Assembly: GCA_965226495.1 (NCBI GenBank)
Contig: OZ245365.1
Location: forward strand, 3,680,001-3,744,000
Direction: 5' to 3'
Origin: Candidatus Marinacidobacterales bacterium
GTDB lineage: Bacteria > Acidobacteriota > Vicinamibacteria > Marinacidobacterales > DATDRI01
DNA length: 64,000 bases
Positions within the stretch are counted from its first letter, which is position 1; each line of letters starts with the position of its first letter. Positions 56,284-64,000 of this stretch are shown here, piece after piece. The notes under the pieces are model-generated. The model had not been told where the DNA came from and did not search any database. It saw only the letters and a program-made list of their open reading frames with translations. The translations under genes and the position numbers were made by a program.

Positions 56284-56522
56284 CGCTCGCGGGGACCCCA
56301 CCCCGCCGCCTGGCTAGCGCGAGATCGGCAGCAACCTATTTTGGCGGCCAGCAGTGACTGCGCTCGCGGGGACCCCACCCCCGCTCGCTACTCGCTCCGC
56401 GACTCACTTCGTTCGCGCTGCGCTCGGGCTCAAGGCTTCCATCAGCGCTCGCGGGGACCCCACCCCCGCTCGCTACTCGCTCCGCGACTCACTTCGTTCG
56501 CGCTGCGCTCGGGCTCAAGGCT
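56284..56522 (-). repeat. Composite REP-like cluster: partial family A end, family B copy, two identical 78-bp family A units
   Basis: 56360-56437 is identical to 56445-56522; CGCTCGCGGGGACCCCACCCC also at 56284-56304; the last unit contains the TGA of the M28 gene. Confidence 0.9.
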
Positions 56523-57441
56523 GTTTCGACAAATGCCGATCGAGTCGAGCCAACACACCCAACAGCGTCGCCCCCACAATCTGAAGGCTCTCGGCGCTCA
56601 CATTGGCGAGTTTGTCGTCCGGGGAATGCCAGTAGCTGTGCCCCGGTCCGTATTGGAAATCGATCAAATCCACGACCGCCACGCCGCGGCGGGCAAAGGG
56701 AATGTGGTCGTCTTCGATGTAGAGGCGGGCATCCAGGAAATGTTCTCCGTGCCCCAACCGCTTCGCCTCCGCCCATACCAAATCCTGTAGCCACGGAGTG
56801 GAGTTTGCCTCGCGATGAATGCCTAGATCCCGATCGCCCACCATATCCACGAGAATGAACGCGGCGATCCGATGGAGCTCCTGTGCCTTGTCCATTCGAG
56901 CCACCATGTGTCGACTCCCGTAGAGTGAATCCGTCGCCGACCAGTCGACGACCGCTTCCTCTCCGTCGAGGAGCACAAACCAAAGCGTGGTCTTAGGGGC
57001 GGGGTCGATACGAGTCACCGACCGCGCCAGCTCTAAAATCAAAGCCGCGCTCGAGCCACCGTCGTTCGCTCCCACGAACGTCCCGTCGTCGAATCGCTTC
57101 GTATCATAGTGGCCAGCAAAGATGACGACCTTCTCGGTCTCACCTTGATGCACCGCGATCAAATTGGACATCGGTATCGGGCCCACGGGCGTCTCCGCGG
57201 TGAAGTCGTCGTTCTTGGTTTCGAGACCGGCCGCCTTGAGCTCGGCAAGTAGGTACTCCTGCGTGCGTCGGTGTGCATCGGATCCCGAGGGCCGGGGCCC
57301 GAACCCCACCATCTTCTCCAAGTCGGCGAAGGCTCGCGCGCCATCGAAAACCGTATTCGCCCCGCCGTTGGTGAGGGCAAAGCAAGACAAGATGCCAACC
57401 GAAAAGAAGCCGAGCAAAGCGATTCTCGAAATTAGAGACAT
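56515..57441 (-). CDS. M28 family zinc enzyme, glutaminyl-peptide cyclotransferase-like, exported
   Basis: GHYDTK, GANDG, DGEEA, LYGSRH, DMVGD, DDHIPF, WHSPDD. Confidence 0.85.
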   Translation of the reverse strand: MSLISRIALLGFFSVGILSCFALTNGGANTVFDGARAFADLEKMVGFGPRPSGSDAHRRTQEYLLAELKAAGLETKNDDFTAETPVGPIPMSNLIAVHQGETEKVVIFAGHYDTKRFDDGTFVGANDGGSSAALILELARSVTRIDPAPKTTLWFVLLDGEEAVVDWSATDSLYGSRHMVARMDKAQELHRIAAFILVDMVGDRDLGIHREANSTPWLQDLVWAEAKRLGHGEHFLDARLYIEDDHIPFARRGVAVVDLIDFQYGPGHSYWHSPDDKLANVSAESLQIVGATLLGVLARLDRHLSKQP

Positions 57442-57450
57442 AGCTACATT

Positions 57451-58692
57451 CTAGTCTGCGGCCGGGACGGGAGAAATCTCTCCCTCCGCGGCGGCGACCC
57501 ACGTCGCGCCGACCAGTTGCCCGGTCATGTTGACCGAAGTGCGCAGCATGTCGAGAGGACGCTCGACTCCCAGCACCAACGCGGCGCCTTCGAGCGGAAG
57601 GCCGAGCGCCGACAAGATGATCGTCAAGTTCACGAAACTCGCGGCCGGCACTGAAGCCACTGCCAGGGCGGCCAGGAGCGCGGTGAGGATGAGTGTGCCG
57701 AGCTCCGCCGGACCGAGACTCTGCTCATAGACCTGAGCGATGAAGAGAACTGAGATCGCCTGATAGATGCCGCTGCCATCTCGACCGAGCGCCGTGCCGA
57801 ACGGGAGGACGAAGCTTGCCACGCGATCAGACAATCCCATATCCGATTGCATCACTTTCATCGAAACCGGCAAGGCTGCTGCTGTCGAACACGTACCGAA
57901 GGCAATAAGGAATTGGGGACGAATGGCGCGGTAGAAACGAAGCAGGCTCTGCCGGGCAAGGACGACGAGCACGAACGTGTAAGTTATGGCCACGTGTGCA
58001 CCGAGCGCCAGCGCGACCACCAAAACGTAGTAACCGAGACTTCCCACCACCGAAAGGCCGGAACGACCGACCAGCGCCGCCATCAGCCCAAAGACTCCCA
58101 CCGGGGCGAAGATCATGATCCATCCGACCAACTTAATCATGACCTCCGAAATCCCGCGAAGTACCTGAAGCAAAGGCTTCTTTCGCTCTTCGGCGAGGGC
58201 GCTGGCTCCCAATCCGAATATCACCGACACGAACAGCACTTGCAGGATGTTGCCCTCGACGGCCGCACTCACCATGTTCGACGGCACGACGTCGAGCAGG
58301 GTGTCCCAGATCGAGGGCCGCTCGGCCGGCGACACCGTAGGCGGTGCGGCAGACGGATCCTGTTGCGCGAGCAGCGCTACGCTCGCTTCTTCAGTGAGGC
58401 TGGTGCCGGGATGAAAAAAGAGCCCGAACCCGATCCCGATGAGAAGAGCGATGAGTAGACTAACAATAATGAAAGCAAAGGCCCGGACTCCAAGACGTCC
58501 CAAAGCTCCGCGCCCTGGCAGCCCGGCGATGGCAACGATCAGAGACGACGCGATCAGAGGGACGATGACCATCCGAATCAATCGAATGAAGAGCGTGCCT
58601 AGTGGCTCCAGGACTTCCGCCTGGGGACCGACGACCGCACCAACACAGACGCCCGCCACCAGACCGAGTGCGACACGAGTGTGGATGCTCAA
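57451..58692 (-). CDS. Dicarboxylate/amino acid:cation symporter (DAACS family)
   Basis: G.LFIRLIRMVIVPL, P.N, APVGVF.L, AFGTCST.A.LP, ASFVLP.G, LPLEG, DMLRTSVN. Confidence 0.93.
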   Translation of the reverse strand: MSIHTRVALGLVAGVCVGAVVGPQAEVLEPLGTLFIRLIRMVIVPLIASSLIVAIAGLPGRGALGRLGVRAFAFIIVSLLIALLIGIGFGLFFHPGTSLTEEASVALLAQQDPSAAPPTVSPAERPSIWDTLLDVVPSNMVSAAVEGNILQVLFVSVIFGLGASALAEERKKPLLQVLRGISEVMIKLVGWIMIFAPVGVFGLMAALVGRSGLSVVGSLGYYVLVVALALGAHVAITYTFVLVVLARQSLLRFYRAIRPQFLIAFGTCSTAAALPVSMKVMQSDMGLSDRVASFVLPFGTALGRDGSGIYQAISVLFIAQVYEQSLGPAELGTLILTALLAALAVASVPAASFVNLTIILSALGLPLEGAALVLGVERPLDMLRTSVNMTGQLVGATWVAAAEGEISPVPAAD

Positions 58693-58709
58693 GGTGCCGT
58701 AACGATTCT

Positions 58710-61313
58710 CTAAGGAAGTTTAGCAGGCGTGGCCGAACCGTAATAGAGCGCGTTGAACAAGAGCTTGAACGTGCCGTGGGTTTGCCCACGGAACTGAGAC
58801 CGGAACCCAATTAGAATCACTCGGCCCTCTCCGTACGGCATGTCCACCACCGCTGCTTTCCTCCGTATACGCTCGTCACCGAGAATCCAACCCGATAGCA
58901 ACGGGTTGCGGTCGGGATACTTAGCTACCACCTGCCCGTTTTTCGATTCGAAATCGGGAATGAGATTGTACGTATGGCTATTATTGAAGAACGCTACGCC
59001 CGTCTTGTTCATGCCGTAGGCAATGGGATGAGCGGGATCCAGATCCACCTGGAGAAGGGAGCCGGGGCAATAGAATTCACTCGGCTCGACGTTTGCCAGA
59101 GCGTTCTCGACTGGAATGTCGAAGTATTCGATGGGAAGCTCTGTGGCGGAATCCAGACAGACGAGCGTGCCACCGCCTTCAACGAACTTGCGGAGGTTCT
59201 CGACGCCCTCCGCTCCCATTCCGCCCGCGAATTCCGGCGGCACCGTTCCCGCCTCTCGCCCTTGAACGAGTTGCTCCAACGAGCTCTCGCCGGGAAGTAC
59301 GACGACGTCGTATCGATCGCTGAGCTCAGACTTCCGCACCTCCGCATCATGCAAACTCGTGTATGGAAACTCGAACTGCTCGAAAAGCCAACGACTCCAG
59401 CCCTCGTCCTTGCTCGGTACGAACGACTTATACAGCGCCACCCGGGGAGCCTTGATCTCGAAGCCGGGTCCCCCAACACGCGAGACGGCTCGAAACGTGA
59501 GGCCCAACTCCTCGGCCAGCGACGCGATGTTGGAAGCGCCTCTGATGACGAAAGTACCCTCTGGCCAACCGTCAGAAGTTTTTCCCACTGGCTGCTTGGA
59601 GCGGAAGACGTCGGCTCCGCCTTCCAGGAGTCGGTTGACGGCGACGAAGCTGTCATTCACTCGAGGATCGAGAAGATAGACTTGCCCTGACCCGTCCACC
59701 CGGCCCGGCGGTACCTTTGCGCTCTCGATCGGCGTGAGCGCTGCTTCGAACCGAGACGTGGCTTCCACGGTGCGGACTCCCATCGCCAAGGGGAGCGTCC
59801 ATCCCGCGACGTCGTAAGGCCGCTTGGGAGGTCCGCCGGGGTACAGCGTCTGGTTCGGATGTCTCTGAGGCCGCAACAAATCCATTAAATAAGGACGGAA
59901 CGGTTGCGAGGCGAGAAAAACATAACTCCCTTCCGTGTATTCAACTCCGTCCACGACGAAAGCGCCGTCTGCGCGATGAGCTTCTACTCCGCCCGCCCGG
60001 AGGGTGTTCACCATCTTCACGGCGGTATTGGGATCGGCCTGCTCGGCGGGAATGATGAAGGCGTACGGAGGTTCCTCCGTACCCTTCTCGATACTTTCCC
60101 TTCCCATCTGATAGATTCCGAAGAGCCACCTTTCCCGGTAGCGCGCCCCTACATCCAGCAGTGCCAACGAAGCCGTCATCATGTAATCGATGGCGTCGCG
60201 GAGCCTCCACCACCCTCCCAGCCAAGGATTGGGATAGAAGGTTGAGCGCTCGGTGGCGCTCGTCCCGTCGCGGAACTCTTTCGGCAAGTCCGCCTTCGGA
60301 TAAAACTTGGGGGTCGCGTATTTGTAGAGCGCTGTCTCGGTCAAGATGCCGATCATGTTGTGGAAATAAGGCGAGGTCCTGAGACCACCGTTCCACCAGG
60401 TGCTGTAGACCATGCGAGACACCACGCCCGACTTCCCTTCCTCGGCAAAAGCTTGGGCCATGCCGGCCCCAATGAGCTGGATGTCTCTCATCACCAATGG
60501 ATGAATGTTAGGGTTCATCGGTCCATCGAAAGGGGGGAGAAAGATGCGCGCCGGGAACGGAACGCCTTGATGATGGTTGTAGACGATCTGCGGAAGCCAC
60601 TCATGGTAAATCACGCGGCCGATGTTTTGGGTCTCGGTTTGCGTGAACATGAACCAGTCACGATTGTTGTCATGTCCGGCGTACTTTGCATATAACTCGG
60701 GCAGAGGGCTGACCTCGTACGGCGAGCCCAGATTGCTCTTGTACCAATCCGCCACGATGTCGAGCCCATCCGGATTGACGCAGGGGAGAAACAGAAGGAT
60801 GACGTCGTCGAGAATCCGCTTGGTTTGAGGGCTGGAATCGGAAGCCAAATGATACAGGAGCTCGAAAGAATGCTGGGAGTGAGCAACTTCGGTAGCATGG
60901 AGGCCGCTGTCGACATAGATGACCGCCTTGCCTTCTTCCGCCAGTGCCCTTGCCTGCGCCTCGGTCAATCCGCGCGCGTGGGCGAGGCGACGGGAAATCT
61001 CCCGATAGCGCCCCAACTTACTGAAGTTCTCCGGTGACGTAATGACCGCCATGATCATCGGCTTTCCCATAGATGATGGACCGATCTCACTCACTTGAAC
61101 GCGGTCTGACGCTTGGTCAACGATTCGAAAGTAACCCAGCAGCTGGTCGTAATCAGCAAGCTTGTAGTCGGCACCCGGGCGAAACCCGAGGAACGATTCG
61201 GGGCGGGGCACGTCCTCATTGGCGAGAAGAGGGTAGGTCGCGGTGACAAACACCAGTAGCGTAAGAGTGATAGTTGCTCTCACCGACCTGTTCAAAACAC
61301 TGTCTTCTTTCAT
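58710..61313 (-). CDS. Exported M14 family zinc carboxypeptidase with C-terminal GATase-like domain
   Basis: Signal peptide, GLHATE (HxxE), NPDG, DNNRD, HHQ; start placed at ATG 61313. Confidence 0.88.
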   Translation of the reverse strand: MKEDSVLNRSVRATITLTLLVFVTATYPLLANEDVPRPESFLGFRPGADYKLADYDQLLGYFRIVDQASDRVQVSEIGPSSMGKPMIMAVITSPENFSKLGRYREISRRLAHARGLTEAQARALAEEGKAVIYVDSGLHATEVAHSQHSFELLYHLASDSSPQTKRILDDVILLFLPCVNPDGLDIVADWYKSNLGSPYEVSPLPELYAKYAGHDNNRDWFMFTQTETQNIGRVIYHEWLPQIVYNHHQGVPFPARIFLPPFDGPMNPNIHPLVMRDIQLIGAGMAQAFAEEGKSGVVSRMVYSTWWNGGLRTSPYFHNMIGILTETALYKYATPKFYPKADLPKEFRDGTSATERSTFYPNPWLGGWWRLRDAIDYMMTASLALLDVGARYRERWLFGIYQMGRESIEKGTEEPPYAFIIPAEQADPNTAVKMVNTLRAGGVEAHRADGAFVVDGVEYTEGSYVFLASQPFRPYLMDLLRPQRHPNQTLYPGGPPKRPYDVAGWTLPLAMGVRTVEATSRFEAALTPIESAKVPPGRVDGSGQVYLLDPRVNDSFVAVNRLLEGGADVFRSKQPVGKTSDGWPEGTFVIRGASNIASLAEELGLTFRAVSRVGGPGFEIKAPRVALYKSFVPSKDEGWSRWLFEQFEFPYTSLHDAEVRKSELSDRYDVVVLPGESSLEQLVQGREAGTVPPEFAGGMGAEGVENLRKFVEGGGTLVCLDSATELPIEYFDIPVENALANVEPSEFYCPGSLLQVDLDPAHPIAYGMNKTGVAFFNNSHTYNLIPDFESKNGQVVAKYPDRNPLLSGWILGDERIRRKAAVVDMPYGEGRVILIGFRSQFRGQTHGTFKLLFNALYYGSATPAKLP

Positions 61314-61383
61314 ATCGGATCCAAGACGGGGCGGGCGCCTCCAGCGAGCCCGCCGTCGAATCCGGTGTAAACTATAGCCCACA

Positions 61384-64000
61384 ATGGCGAATTCCGTACG
61401 GGACCAGCTACAAGAAATCCTCTCTCAGCGCATTCTCGTGTTCGACGGGGCGATGGGGACGATGATCCAGGCCTACAAACCCGACGAGTCCGACTTTCGT
61501 GGCTCGATGTTCGCCGACCATCCCAAGGACTTGAAGGGCTGCAACGATCTCCTGTCTCTGACTCGTCCTCAGATGATCGAAGAGATCCATCGCGCCCACT
61601 TCGAAGCCGGCGCCGACATCCTCGAGACCAACACATTCAACGCCAACGCTATCTCCATGAGCGACTACGGGCTCGAATCCCAGGTGTATGAGATGAACCG
61701 CGCAGCCGCAAATATCGCCAAGCGCGTGGCAAACGAGTTCTCGGAGAGAGAGCCCGACAAGCCTCGTTTCGTGGCCGGCTCGATGGGACCCACCAATCGC
61801 ACCGCGTCGCTTTCACCGGACGTGAGTAACGCCTCGCTGAGGAACACGTCGTTCGAGGCGCTACGCGATGCTTACTACGAGCAGGCGCGCGGCCTTGTCG
61901 ACGGCGGCGTCGATATTCTTCTGCCAGAGACTTCTTTCGATACGCTCAACATGAAGGCGGCGCTCTTCGCCATCCAGCAGCTATTCGAGGAGCGGGGCGA
62001 AGTGATACCGGTCATCGCTTCGGTCACCGTGGTGGATGCCAGCGGCCGAACGCTCTCCGGGCAAACTCCAGAAGCCTTTTGGAACTCGGTGTCTCACGCG
62101 CCGCTGTTTGCGGTGGGCATCAACTGCTCGCTCGGCCCCGCGACGATGCGTCCCTACGTCGAGGAGCTGGCGACGGTCTCCAATCTTTTCGTGAGCTGCG
62201 TGCCCAACGCGGGCTTGCCAAACGCGTTCGGCGAGTACGATGAGACCCCGGAGCAAATGGCCACGGTCTTGGGCGAGTTTGCGCGAGAGGGTTGGCTCAA
62301 TCTCGCCGGGGGTTGCTGCGGGAGCACGTCGGAACACACCAAGGCCATCGCGGAAGCGGTTCGTGGCGTCCGTCCGCACTCACCATCGAGCCCCGAACCT
62401 TACTCTCGCTACAGTGGCCTCGAACCCCTGACGATCCGACCCGAATCGAGCTTCATCGTAATCGGCGAACGCACCAACGTCACCGGTTCCAAGAAATTCG
62501 CCCGACTCATACAGTCGGAAGACTACGAGAGTGCTCTCGAAGTGGCGCGTGGCCAAGTGGAAGGTGGCGCCAACATCATCGACGTCAACATGGACGAAGG
62601 GCTTCTCGACTCCGAAAAAGTGATGACCACGTTCCTCAACCTGCTGGCAACGGAACCGGATGTCGCACGGTTGCCCATCATGGTCGATAGCTCCAAGTTC
62701 TCGGTCATCGAAGCGGGGCTCAAGTGTCTACAAGGTAAAGGCATCGTGAACTCCATAAGCCTCAAGGAGGGTGAGGAGAAGTTCCGTGAGCAAGCGCGCC
62801 TCATCAGACATTACGGCGCGGCGGTGGTTGTGATGGCGTTCGACGAAGAAGGACAAGCGACGGCGGCGGCGCGAAAGGTCGAGATTCTCGGGAGGGCGTA
62901 TCGCATCTTGACCAAGGAAGTCGGTTTCCCGCCCGAGGACATTATCTTCGACCCTAATGTTCTAACCGTCGCCACCGGCATCGAAGAGCACAACGAGTAC
63001 GCCACGTCGTTCCTCGAAGCGACACGGCAGCTGAAACGCCGTTTCCCCGGCGCCAAGGTGAGCGGCGGGATCAGTAACCTCTCCTTCTCTTTCCGTGGCA
63101 ACAACCTCGTCCGCGAGGCGATGAACTCGGCATTCCTGTATCACGCGATTCACGCGGGCCTCGACATGGGCATCATCAACGCCGGCCAGCTGGCCGTTTA
63201 TGATGAGATTCCGCATGAGCTTCGAGACCTCATCGAGGATGTTCTCTTCAACCGTAACCCCGATGCAACGGAGCGCTTGACCGACTACGCTCAGTCGCAT
63301 GCCGGCCCCGGCAAGGTTCAAGAAAAGGACGAGGCATGGCGAGACGGGCCGGTGGAAAAGCGCCTCAAACACTCACTCATAAAGGGAATCGCCGACCATA
63401 TCGAAGCCGACGCCGAGGAAGCTCGCAAAAAATACGGCCGCCCACTTTCGGTCATCGAGGGCCCCTTGATGGACGGCATGAGCGTCGTCGGGGATCTCTT
63501 CGGTTCCGGAAAGATGTTTCTTCCCCAGGTGGTGAAGACCGCGAGAGTGATGAAGAAGGCGGTGGCCTATCTCGAACCGTTCATGGAAACCGAAGAGGCA
63601 GAATCACCGAATGCTAACCATCAAGGAAAACTACTACTCGCAACCGTCAAGGGCGACGTTCACGACATTGGCAAGAACATCGTTGGTGTCGTTCTAGCTT
63701 GCAACGGATACAAGATCATCGACCTCGGGGTGATGGTCCCGGCGGACAAAATTCTTCGAACCGCGAAGGAAGAAAAAGTAGACATTATTGGGTTGAGTGG
63801 ACTCATCACGCCATCTCTCGATGAGATGGTCCACGTCGCATCCGAAATGGAACGCACCCAGTTCAAAGTGCCCCTTCTGATTGGCGGCGCCACGACGTCC
63901 CGTAAACACACCGCGGTCAAGATCGCACCCGCCTATAGCCAGGGCACCGTTCATGTCGTCGACGCTTCCCGCGCCGTACGTGTGGTGAGCGACCTACTGA
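61384..64000 (+). CDS. metH: Cobalamin-dependent methionine synthase, 5' part; runs off the right edge
   Basis: Manual translation from ATG 61384: [29 protein letters not shown], then [22 protein letters not shown] and the B12 motif [11 protein letters not shown]. Confidence 0.97.
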   Translation, partial: MANSVRDQLQEILSQRILVFDGAMGTMIQAYKPDESDFRGSMFADHPKDLKGCNDLLSLTRPQMIEEIHRAHFEAGADILETNTFNANAISMSDYGLESQVYEMNRAAANIAKRVANEFSEREPDKPRFVAGSMGPTNRTASLSPDVSNASLRNTSFEALRDAYYEQARGLVDGGVDILLPETSFDTLNMKAALFAIQQLFEERGEVIPVIASVTVVDASGRTLSGQTPEAFWNSVSHAPLFAVGINCSLGPATMRPYVEELATVSNLFVSCVPNAGLPNAFGEYDETPEQMATVLGEFAREGWLNLAGGCCGSTSEHTKAIAEAVRGVRPHSPSSPEPYSRYSGLEPLTIRPESSFIVIGERTNVTGSKKFARLIQSEDYESALEVARGQVEGGANIIDVNMDEGLLDSEKVMTTFLNLLATEPDVARLPIMVDSSKFSVIEAGLKCLQGKGIVNSISLKEGEEKFREQARLIRHYGAAVVVMAFDEEGQATAAARKVEILGRAYRILTKEVGFPPEDIIFDPNVLTVATGIEEHNEYATSFLEATRQLKRRFPGAKVSGGISNLSFSFRGNNLVREAMNSAFLYHAIHAGLDMGIINAGQLAVYDEIPHELRDLIEDVLFNRNPDATERLTDYAQSHAGPGKVQEKDEAWRDGPVEKRLKHSLIKGIADHIEADAEEARKKYGRPLSVIEGPLMDGMSVVGDLFGSGKMFLPQVVKTARVMKKAVAYLEPFMETEEAESPNANHQGKLLLATVKGDVHDIGKNIVGVVLACNGYKIIDLGVMVPADKILRTAKEEKVDIIGLSGLITPSLDEMVHVASEMERTQFKVPLLIGGATTSRKHTAVKIAPAYSQGTVHVVDASRAVRVVSDLL

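Noticed and set aside
56284-56522. Possible mini CRISPR array next to an HNH nuclease
   Set aside because: Only three repeat starts, two intervening segments are identical, no cas genes, and the same unit occurs singly at 20291; it behaves as a REP-like repeat.
61314-61383. Cobalamin or SAM riboswitch upstream of metH
   Set aside because: Only 70 bp between divergent starts; one GC hairpin but no B12-box and no room for an aptamer.
7068-64000. metK, bshC and metH as a sulfur-metabolism cluster
   Set aside because: Separated by many kb of unrelated genes with no shared regulatory motif seen.
1-64000. tRNA, rRNA, prophage, integrase or IS transposase
   Set aside because: No cloverleaf or rRNA-like tract in the intergenic gaps and no recombinase, transposase or phage protein motifs seen.

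Overview
A gene-dense, GC-rich bacterial chromosomal segment. The gene content (fused LptF-LptG, acidobacterial-type VWA protein, M14 peptidase, bshC, DUF4159/MoxR operon) suggests Acidobacteriota; this is inference only. From left to right: the 5' part of smc, lptF-lptG, a PHP hydrolase, metK, a frameshifted glycosyltransferase-like membrane protein and a GNAT. Next is an iron locus (feoB, DtxR-FeoA, fur, porin, FMN-binding protein, His-bearing membrane protein, apbE) with two Fur-box-like sites. Then come a nucleotidyltransferase, a beta-hydroxyacid dehydrogenase and a DEAD-box helicase whose leader holds five tandem hairpins. A 15.5-kb nine-gene MoxR/VWA/DUF58/DUF4159 operon follows, including a TPR-gluzincin and a legumain-like protein with Cys replaced by Ser. 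The right part carries a frameshifted cytochrome c peroxidase, a degenerate and an intact patatin, argS, lepB, an FHA-RDD protein with a kinase-PEGA-TonB_C partner, ArsR and bshC, an HNH nuclease beside a non-coding/repeat block, a glutaminyl-cyclase-like M28 enzyme, a DAACS transporter, an M14 peptidase and the 5' part of metH. No rRNA, tRNA, CRISPR array, integrase or transposase was seen. Several REP-like repeats and three reading-frame disruptions (possibly assembly errors) are present. The best candidates for under-described systems are the flavinylation/porin/Feo iron module, the MoxR operon, the helicase leader RNA and the HNH-plus-non-coding block. All family assignments come from motif recognition by eye, not database searches.
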